From the NCBI GenBank assembly GCA_964658305.1, contig OZ210886.1:930001-994000 (forward strand): a DNA stretch of 64,000 nucleotides, in the 5' to 3' direction. Positions 52,101-64,000 of the stretch are shown piece after piece. The stretch is from Leptogorgia sarmentosa (taxonomy: Eukaryota). Every line of letters begins with the position of its first letter. Position 1 is the stretch's first letter. The translations under genes and the position numbers were made by a program. The notes under the pieces are model-generated. The model saw nothing but the letters and a program-made list of their open reading frames with translations. It was not told where the DNA came from and ran no database searches.

Positions 52101-55100
52101 AAATACACCACCCATGCATGTGACGATGAAGTGACCATATTTTTACGTAAGATTCACCATAGATAATGAGTTGTATTTTTTTTAATGACTTTTCAAACCA
52201 TCTGCTCCATTTTAACTATGATGACTTCACTTATAGTAATAATATGTATTTCGATAATCGGAACCATAGACTAAAATCAGTACCGAAATTCGTCTTACAT
52301 TTGAGGTTAATATACTCACTCAAATCATATAAAAAACGTTCAATGAAGTTCACCTGTAACTGAATACACACCTGTTCAAGACGTCTGAAATCAGGGTAAT
52401 ATTATACAAAGTTTGACCATGGTAGGCATAAGGATGTTCCGAAAACCTGTTCTTGACTGCCACTGACCGACCATATCTGCAAACGAGAGCAATATGCGCT
52501 TACTTTCCGAACCCGACAAGAATAGTTTTGTCTTGTTTTGCCGACATTAAGATTCGAGGGGAAATAAAACTATTCCCCCAAACACAGAAAATGAAATCAA
52601 GCATGTTTTGTTGTATGTAAAAAATTCTCTCAAAAAACCTACATAAACGGTTTCAATAGCATAATATCCTGGTGTTGTCTGTTTTTCGTCTCGCTTATAC
52701 GTTCTTCCTTGCTTTAACACTGCATGCAGTCGATAAACTTGCTACTTGTTCCGCCATTTTGTTTATCTATGTACGTAACTGGTTGGGAAGGGCAATTCGT
52801 GCAACATGGAAATCACTACAAATTCATTTGCAAAATGCAACATAATGGTTGTTGGTTCCTGAGCGGTAGGTATAGTGAATTACTTTAGAATTGAGTTGGA
52901 ATTCTTTGATATATCGCAGTTTCCCTAATTATGCTAAAATTTCTATACTTACAAGTACTTTTCAACATTGTTGGTGGCATTAAAATCAGCAACCAATGGT
53001 TTAACAACCATTTTAATGGAACAATACTCCCTTGCAACACCATCTTTACTTTCCAGCGATATAATTACATAGTTCTTATCTATCAACAGAAAAGAAAACA
53101 AGGGTAGATTAGCTTATTTGCATCAACGCACATGAAAACATTCTCTACTCTGCCTGCATGGAGTATATATATGGTGCTAGACCTTATGTTATATTTGCTG
53201 ACAGGAGGGATAAAAACGCCAATAGCGTCTTATTTTTAACCAATAGCCCTGGGAAATATCGGTTGCATGCTACAGGGTGAGCACCAAATTGAATTAAAAT
53301 AATCAGTTAAAATACCTTTGTAACCAGATGGTAAATGGAATTTGAACTGTGGAACTTTTCTTTGAAAGAAAATATTTGATATAGTTGAGGTGCTATCGGC
53401 GTTCTCTCGTTTGTACAAAACTTTGTACATTAAATGAGCACTCTGTAAAATAAAGTAGTGAAGGAAAATTACCAGAATGAAGAAATCAAAATTGAAATAT
53501 CACTTTAATTTCGTTATTTGTGTTGTTCAAGGGATATGAATTTTGTCTTAAGAAAAAGCAGTCTTGATGAAGGTTGCTTCAGAGTCAATCTGTTGTATTG
53601 ATTTCATGTCACGTGCTTGTACATTTAACATGGGAATTATGTAAAGTGACGTGGGCTAAACACAGGCTAAACATACTTTGTCCACATTGCATTTAATTTC
53701 AAAATCTTGTAGAAGTTCAATTCCTTCCGTGGGATGGATAGCACAAGAGTAGTCTTTCGGCATATCCTTGACATGGAAGACTCGTTCTGCCAAAATGAGC
53801 GCCACTGATTCTACCACCCGTCTGATTATGAAACGTCTATTTCCCGGGAAATAATTCTTTTTTATGTCAAGAAGTTTGGAATGTGGGTTCTTTCTCTTAA
53901 AACTGAGTTGGGCTTCCACTTCATTCGGATTATTCCTGGTTGATCGCTTCACTAATACATGCTCGTGCGTACACTCATGGAATTTATAACTAACTGGCGA
54001 TGTACTTGCTGAAATACAAAATATAAATACGTGTGTACACACTTGTGTGTTTTGTTTGTGCTCATAAGATAATTAAACTGGATACTACAACTATGACAAT
54101 GGACTATGTATTAATGATAAGATATGCGTTATCATTTAGTGAACTTGAGCAAGCGATGTTTCTTTCTTCTGAACACGGATGCCACGCTTAGGTATTTGCA
54201 TTCAAATTAAAATACGCGACGAAAAAACGCTCAGTCACTGGTTTACATGAAGTACAGTTTATCCACTTACAGTATAATATACCATTGGTCATTGGTGAAT
54301 ACTGAAAGCTGATTGGCTAAGAGCTTTGTTCATGTAACTCAATGTCAACAGGAAAACGTACTTCTCGCCGGTGTTTCATTATACCAAAAAACATTTTACC
54401 TGTTGATATACAGTTATATGAACACGAGTGGAAATTGAAAAAAACGAGTTTAAACAGTATGCTGCAAGAAGTAACTGCTAACGTTCCAGATATCAAGTTT
54501 TACTAACTTGTACTGTATAAAATATGTATGACATGCAGTCATTAAGAATTCAACTTACTTCTATTATTTAACAGTGGTAATGATGTTTGGTCGCTTGCTG
54601 TGCATTGTATTTCCTCCAACTTAGCCTTCCCATAATTCAACCTCAACTCATATAAATTCCACAAATTTCTTTTGCTATTTGACGAACAATACCCGGAAGT
54701 ACATTTCTCCATTATTCTTGTGGCCTTGCTGGGATTGAGTTGTTTGATGTCACATGATGGACAGTCTAAAACCATGCTAAAATTTTAAAAGAAATAAATC
54801 TTGTTTTATCTTTATCAGACGAGTTTAATTTCCCATTTTGAGTAGTGAATATGGCGACTTGTTCGCCTGCGAAAACATACAATCATGCGTTCTGTGTTTT
54901 AAATGATTCATATGCCATGTACTTACTTGGTTTTAATTTCTTTTGAATGTATAATTGTGATGTGCTGGCTAGCTTCGTTAGCTCGTTTTCCAAACGAAAC
55001 CCTTACTTTAAATTCTCCAAATCCATTCAATTCCGCTGAATTCAACTCGATCACGGCATCAGTAGTATCTGGCGGGTTCTTTATACCATCAGGCAAAGAC

Positions 55101-58100
55101 CATTGAAAACTGTGCGAAAGTGTACAAAAATAATATTGGGGTCCAGGTGTTTTTAGTGCTGGTTTAACGCAGTAGTAGAACCTTTTATACAAGTTATACA
55201 AGATCAATTATGTGTAATTATGTTTGGTTATGAGAATTATAGCTCTGACAAAAATATGGAAACGAAATGAAGTTTATTATGGGAGATATTCAGTTGTTTC
55301 AATCGAAAAATGGATTTCTATCTGACAGCTAGTCCCAATCCTTTTCCATATACTGATATCATCAGGTAGTTACTACGGGATGTACTCACCGAAGCTCCGC
55401 GTTCGGATTTTCTGGATCAAACGATGGGGTGGCGTCGAGGAAAAATGTTGAATTTTCTATCACATATCTCTTGCTACCACCTCGGATTAGGGCAAACACG
55501 GGACTCTCTGTCACATTGATAACAGTTGAAAAACTTTCAGAATGGGATACAGAAGAGCCACTTACCTATATAAAAAAGAATTAAATAAGTGAAAACTACC
55601 TTTTTAGTACCCTTATAACATAACAATACCTACATTCAAGGTCACGTTGAAACGATATTTTCCATAGTCAAGTTCATTTGGAGGGATATAAATGCTGTCT
55701 GTTGACTTATTATTTTTATTAAAATCAAGCCATTCATTGGATTCGTCAGTCCAACGGAAGATCTATGAAAATAGGAATTCAAAATTTTCGTTATTTTATT
55801 CGCGTCAAAACGGAAGGCGTACGTTGCCCCCCCCCCCTTCCCGCCAATAGCCAAACCTTTAAAAATCAGAGACTGCACACGGCAAGTTGACAACTCAGAC
55901 TCCAATACTCAAATGAATATTTACTTTATCGCGTCCCACCATAATGTTGGGTTTAATCTCAACATCACCCAACTCATAGGCCTTCTTAACAAAATAAAAT
56001 TATCGTGCAGCCATTCTGTTGCCCGTCACTTAATTGCTAACCCTTATTTCCACCCACTCCACAGTCATGTAGTTACATATATAGCAACGTCAATATGGAA
56101 CATTTACCGTCCATTTAAAGGTGATGTTTACAGGTTCGAAACAAAACAACTTTTTTTTAGAAACTTCTAAATGAATCGAGCGACTTCGAAACTGTTTCAC
56201 CTAGAAGCAAAAGCAAAAAAATTTCAGGAAAAAAACTGGGACATGTATGTACTGTAAGAACAGTGACGGATAATTGCCTCATATTTCATGGAATAAAAAC
56301 ATCTTGAAAATCACTCATGTCTTACTCGCCACTCTGGTTTGTATAATTGAATACAGAGCTCCATCGGGGTTATTTTGGCTTCAAGGGTGATACCTCCATT
56401 AACTCCAAGGGTGAGACAGAAAGATTTCAGATTGTTTGAGAAAACGTACCTCCTTTCCATCTTCAAATGATGTTTGAAACTCGCCCTCTGGACACATTTC
56501 AGTTTCATTGACAGTTTTGTTCGCCTCGATTTCGCTAATCCCATTATTTGCAACAACATGCACGTGATACATGCCAGGCCTAAAATTTGATGTGAAATAT
56601 GAGGAAAATATGACGTAGTGACGCTTCAAGCTTAATAGACTAAATTTTAAGGCAACAGGAAAGAAATCTATCACCATAGCTAGGACGAGGGTATAGGGTT
56701 TAGTAAAGTAGTATACAGCAGGTAAATTTTGCATATACTTTATTGTATTTCGTGGTCGTGCATGTGGAAGTTTGCACAAATTTTGAGCCAAAAGTGGTTC
56801 AAAATTTGCGCACTTCAAAATTAGCCTATATTTTGCACGGCTACATTTTGCAACGTTTCGCGACTACACTTTACTGTAAACCACGGGAGCTGTGAAAAAC
56901 TATTTGATCATGCAGTCATTGTACTGTAATGTGTGTTTATGTTTCAGTTTTACTCGCTGCAATTTGTCACGTACCCTTGAGGAAGATTTCAAAAAGATGA
57001 GCTTATGTACCATCGCAGAAGCAGCTATATTGTTAGAGGTACTAGGACACAATTGTGAGTACTCACTTGCCGTATTGGTGCTCCACTACGTTGCTTGATG
57101 TATTGGTTTGTGTACCATCGCCAAAATCCCAGTGATAAACCACGTTCTCGTAACAGTTTACCACTGCACGCACAGATATAGGCTTGCCAAAGTAACGAAA
57201 TGACGTAACAACGATCCTCATCTTTAATGATAAGCATACAGTTACCGGATGCGGGATAATTAAAATCCGTATTCATATTGATTCGGGGATAGCTATTTTC
57301 ACGCAGGTTGCACATAGCGTACTGCCTATATAATCTAAGATTTTTAGACTGCAGACACTTTGGGATTTTTTTTCAAAAGTACTTCATAAATGGACAATCG
57401 CGCTGCTTCTTATAATTATGCATACATGCATACACAGATCTCCACGCTTGAGATTTTACACGAAATATTTACAGTATCGCTGCTGATTGTAAGACTGTTG
57501 CTTATATAAAATTCTCATGCATATTTATGAATCCTGCAGAGATTTTAAGATATTTTTCAGCTTTTCATAAAGCCAATAAAATCTATAAAGTACATATATG
57601 CATGACTGTGAGTGTGTATATATTTTCTTGACCTACCTCCGTTAATACTTCAAGTACAGAAATGTTCTTTGATGCGGGTCCCCAAAACAATCCGTCAAAT
57701 ACGCTAATAGTATAGCTAAACCAACGAATAATGAAAGTTAAAATAGTGCTTTAAATAAATAGAACGACCAAACTTTATTGTTGATACGTGTATAGCTACG
57801 ACAATTTCCTCCCCTGAATTATTATAAGCATTATCGGGGGTACTATAACTTTCTGTATTTTTCATTCCTTTGAAAAAACGTGTTGAGTGTTTCAATTTTG
57901 GGGTAATTTATAAAGCAGTTTTCATAATAATTTTTCGAAATAATTTTCATATTTTCAAGCATCCATATAATATTTTAACTGTACCTTCCAGTTTCATTGA
58001 ATGTATGTTTAAAAGTTGGATCTCCTGACAAATTTTTTCCATTTACTTTCCAAATATAGGACGAACTTGTTTGAGACCATTTGCTTTTTTTTACTTCAAA

Positions 58101-61100
58101 GGTCGCTTCTTTACCACGTAAAAAATATTCAGTGGTAGAAACTATTGCGTACGCATCCAATTCTGAAAAACAGTAAAATATATACTACAACTGTATGAAA
58201 GATTCCACGAAAGCCTATGGATTCCTTATTCTCAATGTAATGTCAATTCACCCGTTAGCATCACCGGCCTTATAGTTGGCTGAAATGAATGCCACTCAGC
58301 CACTGATACTGTACAACGAGAGTTTCACCCGTTATAAACAGCCTGCACGAGCTTTTAAGCACGCATATTAATCGGAAACTCATGGGGACTTAGATGTCTC
58401 CAACAAAGAGAATTTGGCGAGGATTTTGACGTGAAGCACGATTCAAAACGTTAATGTTAAAGGTCATACAGCATGTGATAAGATGCCGCCATTTGCAGTA
58501 TTGTAGATCTAGGAAGTACCGGTAATTGATTTCAATTCAAACTTACCACCTGGGTTAAATCCACGAAACAACTCGGTTAATATAAGTTCAGGGTACCTAT
58601 ATCCATTTTTACTCATGGGAGTAAATTGAATTCGACAAGGTTGTCTGTCCCATATCAGTCGCGCATCAAATGACGGAGATTTAACTTTTACCTTTGGAAC
58701 TAGATAAAGCAAAGAAAGAAATCAAGAAAAGATATTGTATACAATATATACCACCACCCGCGAATTTTCGGGCAGCAAAACGAAGGTCTGATTTCAGGCT
58801 ATACATTATATGACGTACATATTTTACGCTGCAAAACAGTAAGCATCTAGCGTGCTGCGTGCATGAGTGCAATGAAGTTGTTTGTGTTGTGTTATAGCAT
58901 GGGGTTGTCGCCTTTAATTAATAAGGGTTTCGTGCAAAGCCTTTTTTTCATCGGTCGCAGTTTCATTCTTTAACAAGTTTGAATTCAAATCAAACGCGTG
59001 ATAACAATCACGAACCATTCAAGAAATATGAAAGGGGCCTAATAAAACCCACCAATACTCGCTGTTTGTTCAAATTATTTGACAAAAAATGTATTAGTAT
59101 TCTGTGAGAGATCTCTCATTATTACACTGTATCAATATCACTATTGTAAACCATCTTAAAATATTGAAATGATCGCTACAAGGATATTGCAGGTGCGTAC
59201 AGTATGTCATGAGAGACCAAAAACTCCCAGAGTTACTGTACACATCATGACAACATATACACTTTCTAGAGTGCTGACCATTTCAGCAACATCACCTCTT
59301 TTGCCCAATTACACTCTTATTTGGTGAGGATAGAAAAAATGGGAACGAGGTTGGGCAAAACAATACCAAGACTTTATGGAAAAAAACTTACCAGTAGTTA
59401 CATGTTCCTGGAAAGTTACATTAACACAACCAGAATTCATGTACGTCGACCATTCATAGTTCAGACCATCCAGCTTGGTTGTCATGCCTCCCTCAGCCTC
59501 AATTGTGATCTCAATTTCGTCTCTTATTACGTCAAAAAAATATGATTTTACCAGCTTTATTTCATCAAAATAGTTGAACAGTTTTTCTTCGATTACACCG
59601 GATGCGTTTAATGGATTACTTGCGCGTACCACGAGTTTTCGATCTCCGTCCAACATAACAGCACGCGGCCAAAGTTTCCAATTTATTTCACAAATTTCAA
59701 ACACCTTTTTCTTATTATACTGATCAATCACATTAAGAGTTTCCACTAGCTTATCGTCCAAAGAGAACGATAACTCATAAACAGTCCCTGTTATCTTGGA
59801 TTGTAACAATGTACCGTTACTTTTAACATGGACTTCAATATTCGCAATAGAAACTGGTGCCAGAACAATTACATAATCGCATACAATTGATGTGTTACCA
59901 GTCTGAAGACAAATTTGATTTTCCCCCAGTAATTTGAACCTGAAAACATCAAAACACGACGTCCGAGTTGTACTATGGTCTTGTTTTGTTATAACTTCGC
60001 AGGTTCCCGTGGGGAGAATACCTCTTAGCTTTCTTGAATCATTTATGATGGTGTCATTGTAATATAACAATGCCTCGATGTCAACTTTAAAAACTAAATT
60101 CTGTTCAATGTATCTTTCAAATTCAAACCGTAGTGTAAAACCAGACATATTGTAAACCTTGAGCAGTGATGTGGTACTAATGTCATCAGAGATGCACCTG
60201 AAACAGAAAAATTCCCACAATGTCACATCATCCATAAATTATGAGTAATAGTACAAATCATAAGACAGGATAGTGGAGACTATGCCGGAATTTCGATTCC
60301 GAGGACGTTTCGGAAAGGCTGTTTTTAATACAAACGAACTTTATAAGCGGGAAAAGTCAAGGTTGAGTTTTGAACTGATTTCTCAAACTTGCAACGACGT
60401 TTGGACCCAGCATGAAGTGGTGCACATCGTATACATATTTGCCCTCGTTGGTGGAAAAAGGGAAACATTGGGTTTGGGAAAGTTTTTAACACAAAGTGAG
60501 TAACTACATACAGAGATATGGAGATATGATATCTGATGATATTTAAATTGTAACCACTTTTTTGTGCACATGCTCGGAAAATTACTAGCTGCATGCTTGC
60601 ATCTGTTTGGATGAAGACCTGATGACGAACACCTAACTCGCGTTCCATTTGAGAATCCAGATTGTGATTTTACGGATTCGGATTACTCAGATTTTCAATA
60701 CAGATTGTAATTAGATTAACTGGATTGTAATCCAATTCAGGATTTTACGAAATGGAACATTTAATCTGAAATCTGATTTAAAAATCTGTTTTTGTCAAAA
60801 GGAACGCGACTCTAGCTCTGTATGATCTACACTCTGATTTTTAATGATAAAGAATCTTGTGACGTCATGATCGGAGTGCACCGTTACTGAAGTATATTCT
60901 TTTAAATTGGATTTTCATAAAGTACTTACCCTGTATTGTTCTGAGCCAAGTGGAGTTTACCATAACTTAAACGACTGCAAAAACATCCATGTTCTGGAGC
61001 ATATGCTGCTGTTTTTGCTCTGTAAAAATATACTCAAAGAGATTGGGTGAATGCTTATTTGTAATAATTGTTAATAATAATAATTACTATTTATTTAAAA

Positions 61101-62380
61101 TAATTCAAGAGTTCTGATTGGTTAACAGCAGTGGGTGAATTCGTCATATCTGCTCGGTAAAACACATATACGACATTATGACGTAATTATGACGTATATT
61201 GAAAATTATATGACATTATGACATCAACTAATTTATGCTGCTTAAGCTGCTTATGTTAAAAGCAAATTGTGGGCCTCTTTCCCCATCAGCTGATATAGAC
61301 TAAAATTTTGTAGTACTGTTGTAAATTGGTTGACACATAGTTTTTTTTTACCTTCCATGTTTTTGCATACATGTTTTAAGGCACAAGTAGCAATCTGTAA
61401 TATTTGCATACTCGGTCCAATCTTGTGCAGACCGAGTCTTTTTAATTGTCCCAATACAGTTATCTTGAGAATTGTCCAGATATACCGGTACTAATGAGAG
61501 ATGATATAAATTAATTCAGAAGATATAATTAAGAAATGTGGCTGGCTTGTCATATATTTGGAAGAGCTAAATACCTCAGAGCACTTATACCATGTAATAT
61601 TTTTCCCTATGTGATACAATGCTACAGGAATTGGTGCCAATCAGCACCTATTCATGCAAACACCCATAGCTAACCTATTACCAGCCATTATCTAACTGGT
61701 GCTTTTTTGTATGGTATGTCAATCTGGTGGTACCTAGACATGTTCAAGGATAATTATAAAATTTTATTTTTAGAACCATTACTTTGCATTGAAATTTACT
61801 AGCTTGAGCTACTATGAGGTGTTTGTTGAATTTTTTAGCCCAATTTTTTCACATAGTTATGGATATATCCAGGATACCCATCCCATGTCCCTGAAACATT
61901 TCTTTTCAATTGAGATCCTGAAATAGCTAGCGCTCTGTGAATGGTTTTGATGCATATATAGGTAACAAACATCCGTGGTTTCAGCACTGCAAAGTACTCG
62001 ACTACTACTTATTGTATGGGACTGGCACCTTATTCAATAACTGCGCAGTTAATTAAAGACTGCAACTAAATTTGAGTATTTCTGTATTTGTTGATCAGTT
62101 CATGGATGTTTGCACATGTATTGCGCAAAATACGTATGTATTAAAACATCCACTAAACAAACCTTCTATATCAAGTACCAACTACAACATATAACTCAAA
62201 TACATGGTACAAGTCAGAGCACAATAGTAACCTATCTATAATTCGAAAATGTCCAATCTGTAGAACTAATTAACCAGATAATCGCACAGAAAAATAGCCA
62301 TAATACATACCACGTCCACACATCGCGAAACAAAAAGCTGTAAAGATTTCGAAAACTAATATAAAACGCAATTTTGCCAT
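37166..62380 (-). CDS. Polycystin-1 / REJ family (PKD1-like) protein, many exons
   Basis: Domains in order: signal-peptide exon 62380-62311 (MAKLRFILVFEIFTAFCFAMCGR); WSC-like Cys exons 61490-61352 and 61019-60930; PKD repeats (YHWDFGDG at ~57114-57137); REJ (LIRGGSKR...FLDATPSFDPE at ~55390-55566); GPS-like region 48958-48548; TM1; PLAT (YKITVYTG, LFQRNSRDVF, IHLWHDNSGSSPSWFV, FKCSRWLAVDKNDG at ~48063-47145); channel-like TM exons (FVGFAHMGVLLFG at ~40150-40375); coiled coil (FKELDEQLNDLEFRL at ~38640-38690); last exon 37558-37166. Not every internal exon was traced. Confidence 0.88.
51101..51162. repeat. Perfect 31-bp tandem duplication spanning a splice donor
   Basis: tacagaattacctcaaaaagataattgagag occurs twice (51101-51131 and 51132-51162). 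Confidence 0.95.
60638..60809. mobile_element. ~170 bp MITE-like element in a PKD1-like intron
   Basis: Terminal inverted repeats tcgcgttccatttgag and gtcaaaaggaacgcga, with internal GGATT/AATCC subrepeats. Confidence 0.65.
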
Positions 62381-63134
62381 TTTGCATCAGTGCGACGTTT
62401 TGTTTTCATAATCCATTGTACGCATTTTATGCAATTCCCCCATAATGCCTTGTAACCAAATTATCATAATCTACGCTATGGTTATCACAACCACTGATCT
62501 GAACTTACACCTGGAGTAGCCAAGCAGAGGCTTTGTTGTTTCCAAGTTTCACAGTAAGAATTCTCGAGAAAAAATTTCGTGAGTTCTGTGGGAGAATTCA
62601 ATAGAATCGTTGACACAAGTTCTCGCGAAAGATTTCGCCGTTCACTTTTAAAATTTGGACGAATTGATGGATTGTATAAACGCCCTATAACTGATAGGTT
62701 CAACATACTCTAAATCGATCGGTTCCTCATATTCTTCATCCTTCATATAGTGGGCCCTGATATAGGATAAATATATTACACAACTTTAAAACTCCAGTAT
62801 AAAAGAACAAATCAATTGGAAGGACAAGGTAACAGAGGTGCAAGGCAAAAATTCTACTTTAGGAAGAGATGCAAAGACATGTGATTGGGGATGTAATCGT
62901 AAATAAAGATACTGAATAATTTAATCATTTTATTTACATACAGTAATGTGTATCACCTCCTTCAAGTATAATTATGACATGAATCATGATCAGCGTTCAT
63001 AATTTTTTTCCTAGATCAATTTTCATTAAAAAATTTCCAAAAACGTTTGTTTTGTGACAAAACGACTACGAACTTGTTTAAAACCGCGTGTCATATTTGC
63101 CACTCAAGTTATATTTTAAAGATTCAACTTTCAT

Positions 63135-64000
63135 TCAAGAAGATTTAAGTTGCTTCATTTTATTCCAGTACTCAGCCACTTCTACACCTTCCCAAGTCTT
63201 TTCTTCAAGTTTTCTAAAATAACTTTAGAAATTGTTTTTGTCAGAAATGTCTTGATAGGATGTATATTTTCCACATCTCTAACAAATGGTGATTTCTGGA
63301 GAAAGAAACGTTGTAGTTTCCCCAAATATAGATAATAAATTCTAATGGCCACATATATACTGAAAACAAACTGGAAACGAAAAACTGGCTGGTGGTATTC
63401 GGGTTATACAACGGCATACTTACTTTTCTAATATATAGTCCATTGCTTGTCTTTCCACATCATTTAATTCCTCTGTAACTGCAGCAATGTTCTTTCGCAG
63501 GTTACCCAGGCTTGCTGTGCTCACAAGAGTTGTTGCTACTTCTTCAACGTCCAAGGAAAACTTCATCGCTAATTTAGAAATATCGACATCGAGGCTCTAC
63601 AGAGAAGCAAACAGAAATTAAAGTCATACCGATGTGAAACACAAGAGAAATTAACAAGGCTATTCGGATATGATAAATAATAAATGAATACAGATACCAT
63701 TATTGCGATGAGTCGAACTAAAATCGGTCCAATTTCCATACTAACGATCCCAAAACCTAATCTCCAACCCTGATCCCAAAACCACTCAAGCCCTGACCGG
63801 CCTAATTTCCTGAGTTTTCAAGAGGGCCTTCTTTGTAAACCTTAGAACCATGCATAGTACTCTTCATGCAAGCAAGATTTATCCAAACCTGACAATATTC
63901 TGCTGCCTGTTTACATGCATTCTTTATCTCTGGAGTAGCAGGATGCCATGGTGGTGGTCCTCTGTTCGACAACAAGCCCATTGATATTGGGGATGCATTA
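63135..64000 (-). CDS. L-galactose dehydrogenase-like aldo-keto reductase, last three exons (5' part is outside the window)
   Basis: Exons >64000-63889 (NASPISMGLLSNRGPPPWHPATPEIKNACKQAAEYCQ), 63596-63424 (SLDVDISKLAMKFSL...TTLVSTASLGNLRKNIAAV) and 63222-63135 (YFRKLEEKTWEGVEVAEYWNKMKQLKSS*). Minus-strand AATAAA at 62929-62934. Not in the ORF track. Confidence 0.88.

Noticed and set aside
62485..62706. 73-aa ORF upstream of the PKD1-like start
   Set aside because: No motif, and it lies in the short intergenic/promoter region.
63735..63800. Telomere-like CCCTAA variants
   Set aside because: Highly degenerate and intronic. Probably part of an interspersed repeat.

Overview
AT-rich eukaryotic (invertebrate animal) genomic DNA with compact GT-AG introns. 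The gene families and short palindromic repeats look cnidarian (coral/octocoral-like), but that assignment is inference. From left to right the window holds: (1) the 5' part of a ZNFX1-like helicase gene running off the left edge (absent from the ORF track), plus a tandemly duplicated, truncated copy fused to a copy of the asparagine synthetase 3' region; (2) animal-type asparagine synthetase with an intronless CDS and a candidate ATF4/C-EBP element; (3) five two-exon MFSD6-like transporter genes sharing one intron position; (4) a small secreted WAP+VWA gene; (5) two tandem rolling stone-like genes; (6) a ~25 kb many-exon polycystin-1/REJ family gene; (7) the 3' end of an L-galactose dehydrogenase-like aldo-keto reductase. 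No rRNA, tRNA, CRISPR array or autonomous transposon was seen. Most short ORFs in the track are exon fragments or noise. All family calls come from manual translation and recalled motifs, not database searches.
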